Below, piece after piece: positions 39,831 to 51,376 of a stretch of 64,000 nt of DNA (positions are counted from its first letter, which is position 1; each line of letters opens with the position of its first letter). Made by a program: the position numbers and the translations under genes. The notes beneath the pieces were generated by a model. That model saw nothing but the letters and a program-made list of their open reading frames with translations. It searched no databases and was not told where the DNA came from. The DNA comes from Oikopleura dioica (lineage: Eukaryota > Animalia > Chordata), in the NCBI GenBank assembly GCA_907165135.1, contig OU015566.1, positions 13,516,001 to 13,580,000 on the forward strand, in the 5' to 3' direction.

Positions 39831-42800
39831 CTAGTTATTGCCCGGCGAACCCAGCAAACTTTCATGACTGATCCTGGGGCTTTTCCATTGATCCCGATCC
39901 ATAACTAACGACCTTGCATGCATGAACTCAGGCAGTATTAGGTCTTCGTTGTGACCAAGCATCATCAGGCCCGCGTTATTTGGATCTTTTACGCAGTCTC
40001 CGTCTACGATCGCTCTAATTGCCTTTAAAGACCACGAGTAAATCCTCTTCCTTTTCAACCCGACCTTTTCCGTGAAGCAGAGACCCTCAAACCAATCTAT
40101 CCCTTCGGGGTATTCCTCCGTGCCCGTGACGACAAAGTATGGGTTTAGGTCATTCTTCTGCCATTCCCCTTCTAAAAGAATATAATCGCCAACCTTGATT
40201 GGCTTCTCGAATTCGTCATCGTAGCTATCACCCTTCTCGTAGGGATGAAACTTAATTGGCTTTCTCGTGCGACCTTTCTCCTGGTTCTTAATAAATGCCT
40301 TTCTGCCTCGCTCACGACTCAACGCGATGTGTTCCAAAATTTTATTCATGTCAATTTTCAGCGGGCGATCAAATTTATCACGTGAAAAATAAATCTCATT
40401 TGGAGTATACCCGTGTCTGCTCGGATTTTCATTCAAGCGAGCCGCTGCCTCGACTGCGATCCGCATGTGCGATCCTTTCTTTGAGATTTCCGCCTTCAAA
40501 AACATCGTTAATTTTTGTACACGTGAGTCCATTGGTGAAAGGTGATTCTTGGACTTACTGGTCTTTTCTGGCAGATGGATCTCAATCTTCCAGTCTTTCC
40601 ACACGTCCCTCGTGGCAATACTCTTATTCACACTGCAACCGTCCAAAAAGATCCTAATTCTCTTCTCTCGGATCGGACCTCTCAAAAACTCACCTACAGC
40701 TCTACACAACACTTCCGTGCCTTTGTCCGCAGTCATTTCAGAGTTCTTGATTGGGTACAGCTTCGTTAAGCCCGAAATGGCTTCCGAGACAACCCAAAAC
40801 TTCAGCGTGGATTCCTCATTTCCTGGAAAGGAATTTCTCGTGATCACGTCGGCGAACAAAACTTGACCTAACTCCTTGGGTGACTCGTCGTTGTACTCCT
40901 TCGGGATCACCTCAATTTTCGCCTGCTTTCTGAAGTATGTGCACCCAGTGCAGCTCCTATGGACCTTCTCGACCACCTTGTTCATACCAGTCGACCAAAA
41001 TGTGCATCTCACGTGTTTTTTAAAGGCCGTAAGGGATGTACATCCCGTAACTTTCATCATGTGTCTCACGAGCAACTCTAAATACTCCAAAGGAACTACG
41101 ATCGGCTCGACCTTCTTATCTTCCACGAAGAACGCCTGCCTACACAATATTCCTACATCGTTATCTTCCTTGATTTCACACGACTTTCTCAGGCTCTCAG
41201 CGATCCTGTCACCGTACGGCATTTTTCCGTTCTTACGCTTCGATTCTATCGCTCTCTGCACGTGTCTGTCCGTGAGCTGCATCCTCCTGATTAGCCGAAA
41301 ATTCTCCAGAAACTCCTTCATCGAGAACTTTTTCAAAAAGTCATCCACCTCCACGTGAACTTCTCGCGCTTCTTTAATAAAAGGAGTTTCCTCCTGCGAC
41401 TCATTCGACTCTTTCAATCTTTTAGCCCGTGCTCTCGTGGCCATCATGCAGATTTCCTCTTCCACCTCAATCGGCTTCAAATCTGTCAACTCCGTGGCCT
41501 GCTTCAGCGTATGTCTGAAATCATTCACGTCGTCGATCAGGAAAATGCTATCGAACATCTCGATGCTCACCACGGGTTCCTTTGATTTGCACTCCACCTT
41601 TCCCGCGTGGTTCGCAGTTAACTTTGACAAGTACCCATGGCTGTCCACTTCTACACACATCCTACAATCACCATTGCAAGGCTTGAGATGTGCCTCTGAT
41701 CGGGACAGCATGTCTGCTAAGTCTACTTCAGCCGATCTGCAGCTTTTGTACACGATCCTTACATTGTACGACATCAGCTTCACGAGTCTTTCGTTGATTT
41801 TATAATCCTCTGCCAATTCCTGCCCATTTAAACATCTTTTATACAACTTCTCTACCGAGATCGAATCTGTGATCACCGTCACTGGATTGTTCACGAGGTC
41901 AATTTCCCACGAGCAGTGAATTACCGCGTTCAGAATCCCGTGCAACTCGAGTAAACAGCTGCACCATTGCGTGTTGTTGTTCGCATCCGGCCTTTTCTTG
42001 GAGTAAAGCTTATTAAGCCTTACTTTCCCATTCTCATCCTTTTGGTACAAAAATGCACCCGTGCCCTTGTTACTCGAGTCAACCACGAGAAACGTCTCGA
42101 ATTCTGCAACCACCGGGTACAGTGAGACTAAGCTTTCGTCCAGCTCTTTCTGCACTTTCTTATAACCTGCTATTAACTCGTCTGTCCAATTAATATGCTC
42201 CGCTAGGCTTTTCTTATTCTTCGTGGCTTCATACAACGGGGCTAAAATCTCCGTTCTAAACGGGAGGGAATCCGCAATGTATGTGATCCAGCCGAGCACT
42301 CTTTTCATGCATTTCACCGTTTTTATGCTCGTGTATTCCTGGTTCGCAATTTTCTCCAACACGTGTGTACTGGCTCTAATCGTGCCATTCTTTACTCTTC
42401 TTCCCAAAATGGAGATGTCTTTGCTCAAAAACGTGCACTTCTTTCCTTTCAACCTCAGATTAAACGAACTCAGTGTCTGCAAGACCGCCGCCACGTTCTC
42501 AAGAAATTCTTCCGGGGTTTTACCTACGATACAAATGTCGTCGACGTATATAAAACAATATTCTCTGTGGCTATATAAGATAATCTTCAATTTTTCACGT
42601 GCTAATAACGGGCTCGAAATCCAACCCATCGGAAGTCTCCTGTAAGCCATAGGCCCCACGTCCGGATGGTCCAGACAAAAATGTGGCCACATAATCGGGT
42701 GGAATGGGAAACAATAAAACATCGAGGAGATGTCAATGCACGCGATGAGACCCGTTTCAGTGTATTTTGCCACCTTCTGGAGCACGTACTTGATTGAATC

Positions 42801-45731
42801 AGTCTGCCTCGCAGAATGCACCGTGTCGTCATTGATTTTCGCTCTCTTACAGTCCGCCACCACGCGGATTGATCCAGCGCACAACTCAACCTTTGCAGTT
42901 TCAGCATTCTTCTTCCCCACGGGAAAGAAGCTCAAGAAATGCTTTGGAGTCATATGCTTAGGTAGGAACCCGATCACGCCTTCACTGGCTTCCTGATCTA
43001 ACTTGTCCACGAGCGCTTTCACAACTGACTCGGACATCGACTTGTTATAGCTCTGTCTCACCACCTTGCCGGACGTGTTACCCGTTATTTCAGCGTAAAT
43101 TTGGAACTCTTCCCCTGGTACACAGCCCTGTGTCCCTTCGTACAGGACCTTCTCCTTCTCCAGAATCGACAGCAGTCTCTTCTTGTAATTCTTTCCGTCC
43201 GGAATGTCCTTCAACACTTCATTGTTCACGTCAATATTGCACTCCATCCACGTGTTCTTTTCACGAGCCGCCTGATGCATCTTTTCCAGCTTTCTTGCAT
43301 AATTCACACGTGAATCTGGGTTCATTCTACCCGTGGGGGCCATATCGATGACTGAACTTGACACGCTCGGTACCAAGGTTTCGCACCTAGCAGCCGGCAT
43401 CAGCCTTTCATTCTTCACGACTTCGTACAAATTGAAGTTGTGAATCAAATTTTCTAACTCAAAAATTTCGCTTCTTTTCTTGAAACCCAAATTGCTTATG
43501 TCTACACCTCGAATCGATACTCTAGTTTCAAAGCAATTCTCTCTTGGGATACACTCGATTTTCGCGCAATTTCTTGCCAAATCGCCAAGCGAAACCAACA
43601 CGTTTCTGTCACTGCCTTCACAAACCTTCGCATTCACGAAGGAAATTTTCACGTTCCTACGTAGCCTCAACGTGAACGACACAGTGACTGGTAAGAATTT
43701 CAGCAAACTGCCCCCGGCCACCTTTCCTGCACCTGCACGAGACTTGCTTATCTTTGTTCCTTTGCTCAATTTTATCAACTCAAATAAACTCTCACTTAAC
43801 AGCGACACTGATGCCCCTGTGTCTAGTAGAAGTTTAAACCACACGTGTTCATTTTTATTCAAAACCTTCTCGCAATCAGGCAAACAGAAGTAAATCTGCA
43901 ACAATCTTCTATCCGGCTCCTTCTCTTCATCACGTGTTGTTTCCTCTACTGTTGCCCTTAATTTACAATCGTTAATCTCTCTAATTTTTGCGAATACCTC
44001 ACCGTCTAATCCGAAGTCTTCATAACCATCTTTGTCATCCAAATCCAGCTCACTGAGTAGGGCGCCAATGTCCTCACCTGATTCGGACCCCGAATACTCA
44101 CAGTGCGACCGAAGCGCCAATAACTCGTGAACCCCAACATCTTCCTGGAGGGTGTAAACACGTGGACTGCCCGACTGTTTCACCCCCTTCTTCTTAATAA
44201 ATCGGTTAAATTTACCTTTTATATCCGGTCGTTTGAACTGGCCTTTCGGTTTGTAGAACTTACTGGGGTCTTGTTTCTTTAATACTTCCAGGTCCCTCTT
44301 GTTCAAAGACTGACCCGTGTAAGCCAAAATTTTTCCCGTGCCAAACTCGACCTTCAAGTCTGGACTGTTTGTCAACTGGCTCAACCCCATGTCTCTACCA
44401 TTCGGCCTCGGAAAACTCGCCCTATTTCGGGCCATCCATTTCTCAGCCCGTTGCGCACCAAACTTCTTTGATACAAAGGCATTCAATTCAGCCTCAATTT
44501 CCTCATCCAAAGCGTTCGCCTCGTCATCTTCGGGAACGAAACTCTTCACGTGATTCGATTTTCTATTCTTGACTGCACTGCTCTGCTGGGAACAAACAAA
44601 CGCCAATGTTGACCGAAAATCATTGGTAAACATATCTAATGCCAGCTCAACCTGTGTTAACTCCACGTGACCCTGAGCCTTTGATGCCTTGTCAATCTCG
44701 TCTAGAAATAATCTCTTTTCGACGATGACATCTCGACTCAACAAGTCCTTGAACTCTAAATGGCGCTTGGTGGCAACTTTTTCTAAAATATTCTCCCATT
44801 GCCTTGGTTCCAAGCTAACTGCGCATAAAGCCAATGCAGTAGATTCCGCAAATGGGCCAAAGACATCAGGAGTAGTGCAATACTCCTCCCTAAATCTACT
44901 TGCGCCCATTGGCGTTCCACGTGGAAATCTGTTCGGTACAACAGCATTATTTGTCATAATTTTCCTCATCAACTTCCTGATGATTTCATACGTGGAACTA
45001 GTCTTGATATGAGACAATTCACCCTTCCCGACCACCTGAAGAAATTTCAGGAATTTAAAATAGTCGTTTGTTCGTGAATTATCTGCATAATCACGTGTCA
45101 TAATTTCTGCATACTGATTCAGGCTTGTGACGTAACCATTTCGCATATCATCGCGTGAAGTATCCTCCACGTTTTCACAAACTACTGGGCAGATCTTACG
45201 CACAACCGCCAAAACCTCGTCAGCTGCCGATGGTCTCCCATCCACGCGCTCGAAGTATCGCAGTAATGGCAATTCTAAACCCGGGAAAAACGTATCTTTG
45301 AAAGCTCTTTCACTCTCTTCACGATTCTGGACTGCATTGTCCATGAATCCATCATGCGTGGCGTTTACGGTGCAGTGGCTTAAAGTACCAGTGTACCTAC
45401 CAGCTGCCCGCCAACCTTCGAACATTGCCAGACCATCGGGAACCGATAACCGGCCCGTCAAATCAGGCAACCTGCCGAAATTCTCTCCCCATAAAAGAGG
45501 GACGTTTGAGACTTGGTCTGCAAACCTATTTTCACGATCATTTTTCCTGATTTCTCCGGAGAGAATTCCAGACACGTGGTTAAGCCATCCCAGAATTTTC
45601 TGGGACCTAACACTATCGTCCGCTGCCGTAAAGGCCAGTGGCACGATTTCTTTCCCGGTATAATACTTCAGCCCCGGAGGACACTGAAACATACCGTTAT
45701 TATCATACGCGTTCATAATTATAATGGCCAA
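39831..45731 (-). CDS. gag-pol: Gag-Pol polyprotein (Gag, aspartic protease, RT, RNase H, integrase), 1966 aa, uninterrupted
   Basis: LLDTGAS (PR); FIYVDDICIVG (RT); VVDSS..LELHG..ITDS..DLADMLSR (RH); H..CTGC, FADV/FLDG/MDSRV and a GPY/F-like tail (IN). Gypsy domain order; no CCHC knuckle seen in Gag. Confidence 0.97.
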   Translation of the reverse strand: MAIIIMNAYDNNGMFQCPPGLKYYTGKEIVPLAFTAADDSVRSQKILGWLNHVSGILSGEIRKNDRENRFADQVSNVPLLWGENFGRLPDLTGRLSVPDGLAMFEGWRAAGRYTGTLSHCTVNATHDGFMDNAVQNREESERAFKDTFFPGLELPLLRYFERVDGRPSAADEVLAVVRKICPVVCENVEDTSRDDMRNGYVTSLNQYAEIMTRDYADNSRTNDYFKFLKFLQVVGKGELSHIKTSSTYEIIRKLMRKIMTNNAVVPNRFPRGTPMGASRFREEYCTTPDVFGPFAESTALALCAVSLEPRQWENILEKVATKRHLEFKDLLSRDVIVEKRLFLDEIDKASKAQGHVELTQVELALDMFTNDFRSTLAFVCSQQSSAVKNRKSNHVKSFVPEDDEANALDEEIEAELNAFVSKKFGAQRAEKWMARNRASFPRPNGRDMGLSQLTNSPDLKVEFGTGKILAYTGQSLNKRDLEVLKKQDPSKFYKPKGQFKRPDIKGKFNRFIKKKGVKQSGSPRVYTLQEDVGVHELLALRSHCEYSGSESGEDIGALLSELDLDDKDGYEDFGLDGEVFAKIREINDCKLRATVEETTRDEEKEPDRRLLQIYFCLPDCEKVLNKNEHVWFKLLLDTGASVSLLSESLFELIKLSKGTKISKSRAGAGKVAGGSLLKFLPVTVSFTLRLRRNVKISFVNAKVCEGSDRNVLVSLGDLARNCAKIECIPRENCFETRVSIRGVDISNLGFKKRSEIFELENLIHNFNLYEVVKNERLMPAARCETLVPSVSSSVIDMAPTGRMNPDSRVNYARKLEKMHQAAREKNTWMECNIDVNNEVLKDIPDGKNYKKRLLSILEKEKVLYEGTQGCVPGEEFQIYAEITGNTSGKVVRQSYNKSMSESVVKALVDKLDQEASEGVIGFLPKHMTPKHFLSFFPVGKKNAETAKVELCAGSIRVVADCKRAKINDDTVHSARQTDSIKYVLQKVAKYTETGLIACIDISSMFYCFPFHPIMWPHFCLDHPDVGPMAYRRLPMGWISSPLLAREKLKIILYSHREYCFIYVDDICIVGKTPEEFLENVAAVLQTLSSFNLRLKGKKCTFLSKDISILGRRVKNGTIRASTHVLEKIANQEYTSIKTVKCMKRVLGWITYIADSLPFRTEILAPLYEATKNKKSLAEHINWTDELIAGYKKVQKELDESLVSLYPVVAEFETFLVVDSSNKGTGAFLYQKDENGKVRLNKLYSKKRPDANNNTQWCSCLLELHGILNAVIHCSWEIDLVNNPVTVITDSISVEKLYKRCLNGQELAEDYKINERLVKLMSYNVRIVYKSCRSAEVDLADMLSRSEAHLKPCNGDCRMCVEVDSHGYLSKLTANHAGKVECKSKEPVVSIEMFDSIFLIDDVNDFRHTLKQATELTDLKPIEVEEEICMMATRARAKRLKESNESQEETPFIKEAREVHVEVDDFLKKFSMKEFLENFRLIRRMQLTDRHVQRAIESKRKNGKMPYGDRIAESLRKSCEIKEDNDVGILCRQAFFVEDKKVEPIVVPLEYLELLVRHMMKVTGCTSLTAFKKHVRCTFWSTGMNKVVEKVHRSCTGCTYFRKQAKIEVIPKEYNDESPKELGQVLFADVITRNSFPGNEESTLKFWVVSEAISGLTKLYPIKNSEMTADKGTEVLCRAVGEFLRGPIREKRIRIFLDGCSVNKSIATRDVWKDWKIEIHLPEKTSKSKNHLSPMDSRVQKLTMFLKAEISKKGSHMRIAVEAAARLNENPSRHGYTPNEIYFSRDKFDRPLKIDMNKILEHIALSRERGRKAFIKNQEKGRTRKPIKFHPYEKGDSYDDEFEKPIKVGDYILLEGEWQKNDLNPYFVVTGTEEYPEGIDWFEGLCFTEKVGLKRKRIYSWSLKAIRAIVDGDCVKDPNNAGLMMLGHNEDLILPEFMHARSLVMDRDQWKSPRISHESLLGSPGNN

Positions 45732-45789
45732 GTCAACGACAAGGTCTCGAGGTTTGAATTACTGAGTAGCAGTCCGTGCCCTAAGCCTT

Positions 45790-45871
45790 GGTCTCGGAAT
45801 CAGGTAATTCCTTCCCTTAGCTTCTAGAAGTAAGGTCTCGGAATCAGGTAACTCCTTCCCAAAGCTTCCAG
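45790..45871. repeat. Two-copy tandem repeat (period 44) in the element leader
   Basis: GGTCTCGGAATCAGGTAAYTCCTTCCC..AGCTTCYAG starting at 45790 and 45834. Confidence 0.8.
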
Positions 45872-45877
45872 TCACCA
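45868..45877 (-). promoter_or_regulatory. Candidate primer-binding site
   Basis: TGGTGACTGG on the element strand, overlapping the LTR end. TGGTGAC would pair with a tRNA ending GUCACCA (Trp-like); the match is short. Confidence 0.4.
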
Positions 45878-46272
45878 CGATAAATTGCTCCTGCAGAAAC
45901 TCAACACCCTCAGTACTCTCACACGTGTAAGCGTTCTAACGTTTATTCTAGTACAGCAGTTAGGCTCAACAAAACAAACACGGGTTCTACAGCGTCTCCA
46001 GCGGTGATGATGGAGGCCCGAGAAGGATACACGTGATGGAAGTTGATGTTGGAAGCTGCGTCTCCACGTTCACTGAACAAACCTGAAATCCGATTAGTCT
46101 GCTGTAGCTCCACTAGAATCTCTAAATAAACGTGCTTCACCTCGAGTTCGAACGCTAAGCGTATGAGCAACGGTTGGTGCGAACTCAGCCGACCGTTCTC
46201 GCGCGTAGGTTTTCTTCCTGAGGGCAGGCGAGCCTGGCCGAACCATTATTCTATCGTCTAAATCCTAACGTC
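45876..46272 (-). repeat. 5' LTR (397 bp)
   Basis: Direct repeat of 32734-33130. Confidence 0.95.
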
Positions 46273-47624
46273 ATTAAAAATTTTGAAGTTTCAAGGTAAA
46301 AAAATGAAGAAAAAAGAGCTGATTGATTCTTAAGGGTATCAACAACGGTTTTGGGCATTTTTAAGGGACTTTTTTCAATCGTTGTTGACACCCTAGTTTT
46401 ATTATTTTCAACCTCCAAAACGCGGATCGAGCAATGGTAAACCGGAAGTGCGGTTACTATAACGGCGGATTAGAAGAACATGCTCTTGGAGATCTGGTCT
46501 TTTGGGCTGCTTGGCGCTGCCCTTTTCAACAAAAACGAGCGAAAATAGTATGACTCTGTCAGGTGCCACGTTAGCAGCTACAAACGCTGTTGGTTCACAT
46601 AAACCGCACCTTGACACCAGAAACGATGGGATTACGCTCAAGTTAGAGATAGACTTTAAAATTGATGCCCGGAACTAATTCCGAACGGAGCCAGAGTTTA
46701 GGGCTCATCCAATTTTCCAGAGCAGCAGTTCAGTGGCTATCCATATCCGGCTCTAGTTACCGTCTAAGAGCGGAATAAGTGCGAATTTTTTCACATTCAC
46801 GATTCGACTCAAATTTCTTGCATTTTTTTCAGCAAATTATTTCAAAAAATAATCACGGTGACACCCTTATTTCTGCAAAAAAAACCTTTCTAAGTTTGGA
46901 AATTTTCAGGTATAAAAGTAAAATCATAAGAAATAAGGGTGTCACAATGCAAACTTAATTCTCAAAAAATATGAAAAATTCTTACGGTGACACCCTAATT
47001 TCTAGAAAACTCTTAAAACAGGCCAAAAAACTTTTTTTTTGAAAGAAAAAATTAAGAGAAATAAGGGTGTCACAATACTAATTATATTCTCGAAAAATGC
47101 GCTTAAAAGTCAAGTTATTTTATGTAGATCCCCTTAATTTTTTTTCTCTTGGAAATTTTCTTTTCTAAGAAAAATATTCACTTTCTTAGCTTTAGATAAC
47201 CCTTCTCCGGCTTGCGGAATTTCATAAGCCAAGCATTTTTGAGTAGCGGATTTTGAATTCAAATTCACACTTGCGCGGCCTTTCAAAAAATTCCTGACAA
47301 AAAAATTCGTTTCATGCTCAAATCCTCAAATCCGGATTAAAAAAGAACGCTTTCGTTCCAAAAATCCAGGCTGAGTCACGTGATAAGGGAATTATTGAAG
47401 AAATGAGGGATAATTTGAGCCACGTTTTTTCTCCCCGGCAGCTGTTTCTAAAAGATTGGGGATGAGCGCCGAGGAGAATCAAGATCATCCCATAATTAAC
47501 ACCTGAGCTGTGGGGGAAAGAGAGAGTCAAGGGTGGTGGCGATGGAGATAATTATCACGGTCTTATTTCTTTTTGAGCAAAATATCGACCACGTTACGTG
47601 TTGCTTGAATTTTGTTTTGATTAA

Positions 47625-48124
47625 GGACCCCCTCGTCATGTTGGAATGACTTTTTCAAACATGCATTTCGGGTTGAAACCCTTAAGATTTTGAAAACATT
47701 TTTGTGGGTTTATGTAGCTAGATAGTTGGTCGAGGGCACCAGATAGTCAAGAACGCTCGTGCATTTCTTAAGGGTGTCGCTTTGATAGGTTAAAGTCAAA
47801 ATTTTTTCAAACATGAATATCTCACCGATAACCTTAATTTAAGAAAATTTTGAAATTCCTAAAATTTAACTCAGAGCTCTGTCGAGGGCACCAGATAGTT
47901 ATTACGATTATATCTTTATGGGTTTACTCCGAAAAAAGGGATTAAAGGTCGCTTATCAGCCAAAAAATGGGCAAATTTTGCGAGAAAAGCCCGAAAATCT
48001 CGATTTTCAACCTCGATTTTAAAGGCGTTAGAGTCGAGATGGAATTTTGTCATAATAGAGAAAAATCATTCTCAGAACTCAGAGAATCGATTCCCGAAAA
48101 TCGTCAAACATGACGGGGGGGTCC
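47625..48124. mobile_element. About 500-bp MITE with TTAA duplication (Kolobok-like)
   Basis: TTAA|GGACCCCCTCGTCATG ... CATGACGGGGGGTCC|TTAA. Confidence 0.7.
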
Positions 48125-50318
48125 TTAAGGGTGTACATGAGCTTTTTTTTATTATGAATCAAAACAGTCTGGTTGGGTTGCAAAATCATAAGTTTAAAAA
48201 TAAAATTCTTTCAGAAAAACGGCTCTTTCTCAAGAGAAAATTTGATAGAAAATCGAGTCAATTTTGATAAATTTTTAACAAAAAAACTTTTAATTTTTAA
48301 TCCTCAAATTGACGTAATCATACGTCGGAAAGCCCTTTTTAAGAAGTGCTGGATTTGTAGTCCAAAATTCGCATTTAGGCTGATCTTGTTTGAATGTTGA
48401 TCCTTGGGCTCCCTTTTTTGGTGAGTTGAATTCAAATACGAGAGCGCACCGGTTGGCTCGTCGCTTCTACGAAGGGCCTCGGGCCTTTCCAGAAACAAAC
48501 GACAGAACCAGAGGTTCTAACAAAAAGAACTTCAGAACTTGTCATTTTCGCATAAATTACAATTATTGCAATAGCAATAACAACATCACTGTAATAATGA
48601 ACAACACTGTAATAATGTAAATGCAGCCGTTCTTATCACAACTACTTCTGTTCCAAAGTACCTGCCAAGAAGCTGATACGTCAGCATCGGATATTTTATA
48701 CAATGGTTTCATTGTTGATCTTTTTGAACTCATAAAAAATGGACTAAACCAATTTTTGGAAGTGAATTTTTGGATAACCAATAAGATTGCTGTGTTTGGC
48801 CTACCGGCCAATCAAAACCCTTTCCATAAAAATCTGTTCCAAAAACTGCTTTCACCCTAAAAAATGGCAAAAATATAAAAAAATTAAAAAAAAAAACGAA
48901 AAATCATAATTTTGGCAAAATCTTGTTCTATATTGATTTTTACTTTTGATCCCTTTTTCTTCAATATTAAAGTTTTAACTTTTGTTCTCTTCACAAATTA
49001 ATTCTGAGCTTTCCGTCCATTCCTGAATCATTCTCTCCAATCATGAAATTATCGAGTCTCGAGTGTGGCCTTAGATTGAAATTCTCTCTTTCGTGGTCAA
49101 AAATCTTGTAAGGGTTGGAAAAGAGATTTCCCATTTTTTCTCTTAGATTCCACAGATTTTTCGATTCTTTTGTTTGCTTGTCGATTTTTCTTTTCTCTGT
49201 CTCTCTATTTAGCGTTTGGAAATTGAAAATGGATACAAACAAGAAGAATTTTTCAAAAAGCGGCAATAATTTGTATTTGGCTCCAAGTTTATCACGTATC
49301 AGCCCGAAAAAGCAGTTTTTTCTCATTCGCTTCAGAAGCGCTTGAAAACTCAGGGCCGGCTCGCGAGCGCCCTCGGCGCCTTTCCCGAACCACGTATCTC
49401 CCAGAGAAGCGAGGGCTTACCGCGCTTTTTGCTCCCTAAATGCCAGAAATCAACAACCGCCGCAACGGTCAACCAAGCATGAGTGGACACACAACAACAC
49501 ACATCACAATTTCCGCGAAATTCAATTTCGTTCAATTAACTGTCGAATCACGTGAGAGCTAGTTTGATCATAAGACTTTGTTGATGCAAAGTCACGTGAA
49601 TATTTTGACTGAAAAGAGGATTATTATCAAGAGGATGTAAAGTTCAAGCTTTGAACTTGAGGCTTTCTTCAAGGACTTACTTAAGGACCTCCCTACCTTA
49701 TTTGAAATAAAATTTATTTCTGAAATAATATAGAGAAGCCCTTACTTTATGAGTTTTCGATGAAAAAAATGTTTAGTTCTTCGTGGAAAAATTGCATTTT
49801 TAAGCTTGCTACTCCCTTAATTCATTTCAAACAGCATAATTTTTCACCTTGAAAATGGCATAAAAAAGTAGCTTGACAATATATTTGGTTCCTAAAATTC
49901 ACTTTGCGGAGGGAAAAATTCACTACCGTTACCCTTTTTCTTTCAGGCTGCTTATAACCAATTAGAAACTGATCCTTTTCTTTCTTGTAATCTGACGAGT
50001 AGAAGCAGGTTGTTCCGAGTAAGAGAAGTTTTTTCAAAATTTAATGACAGTCATCGGCCCTGCATTACGTTGTACTTGTGGTTACGTGCTTAATTTTGCC
50101 CCAAACTTTATGGGTAGAAAAGGTCGACACATAATAAACGATTTGGCTTAATTCCCAGAAGAAAGTTACATAATTACGAAAATCTAGCTTGCCTGTGTGC
50201 GAGAAAAGCAAACTTCGGTTTTGTCAATATTTGCCTGTGTAAACTTTACACTGTAAAGGAAGCCGAGAGTAGGAATGGCTAGTATTTGAAGATCTATTTC
50301 GCTGTAATCAAATCAAAA

Positions 50319-51376
50319 ATGGCTGAAATGTATCAAGAGATCGAATATATTGCCCGAAGTGAAACGAGTCCCTCGGAAAGAGGTACTAGTTATAGTGAGA
50401 ATGAAAGGTTTCTTCGGATGGAAGAAAAGATAAATGAGATTTTTCAAAACTTTCGAGAAGAAAATTCATTTTTGAGGAACAAAGTTTATGATCTTGAAAA
50501 GGAAGTCAAGGTCATCGTGAGCTTTTGTCGTCACAAGACGTAATAATTTCTTTGAAGACATTAAAAAATATTGTGAATGACCAATCCGAAACGATTCAAG
50601 AGCTGAAAGACAATCGCGAGAATGTTGATCTTTCAAACAAGAAGCGTGATGAAGAGATTGAGGAAATTCGGACACTTACTGAGGGATTTTCGGAGAATCA
50701 GAAGAAATTTAGGGAGTTTCATGATTCCTCTTCTAAAAAACTCGCGAAATTGCTTGATGAAGCCGCATCGATAACGGTTGGGCAGGAAGATACTTCTTCA
50801 TTGCTTACTAAAAGGTTATATTTTTCTTCCTCTGATTGAATAAATATTTATTCAAGTGACCGTCGATTAATGATTGAGAGTCAACTTCTCGGAGACTTTG
50901 ATGTCTCCGTTAAACCAATTCTGGATCTACGGGAGGCTTGCTCAGGCAAAGACATGTATCTTGTTCTTTCTGCTCTTCTTGCAAAGGAAAAAAGTGTTAA
51001 TTTCAAGTTTGATTACATCGTTAATAAGCGACGTATAGGTTTCAATCGCGTCTTTTCTATCCCCCATAGTTCCCTTTTTACTGAATGTCAATTTTTCGAA
51101 AATAAGGTGCTCATCGATTTCAAATTAGTACTACCGTTCGAGGCAAAAATAAGCGTTTCTTCACTTATTAATCAAAATAAGCAAGTTCAATACAATGCAT
51201 ATAAAAAATCTGAGATAAATTATCTCCAGCTTGCGTATGCCTTTGAAGACGTAAATATAATTGGGAAGAAGGAAGACGATAAATTTGTCTACAGATATGT
51301 TCATCAAGGACGCGAACGTGTGTCGCCAAATTATAATCATGCAACCCTTACTTGGATCATAAAAATACTCCAATAA
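50319..51376 (+). CDS. Uncharacterised multi-exon coiled-coil protein
   Basis: Three collinear ORFs with short gaps; N-terminal coiled coil. Confidence 0.45.

Larger units (their letters stand above)
32731..46273 (-). mobile_element. Full-length ~13.5-kb Ty3/gypsy-type LTR retroelement with a large accessory-gene cassette
   Basis: Two 397-bp direct repeats 13142 bp apart, outer termini TG...CA, PPT, candidate PBS and an intact PR-RT-RH-IN polyprotein. Confidence 0.95.

Noticed and set aside
39831-45731. DIRS, Bel/Pao or Copia assignment, or a true retrovirus
   Set aside because: DDE integrase follows RNase H (gypsy order), there is no tyrosine recombinase, and no classical Env is present.
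40295-45827. Numerous plus-strand ORFs antisense to gag-pol
   Set aside because: Short, without coherent splice chains or motifs; expected shadows of a long ORF.
49545-49600. Two TCACGTGA sites outside the retroelement
   Set aside because: Could be an ordinary host E-box/CLEAR-type promoter; two sites are within background and unrelated to the element's array.
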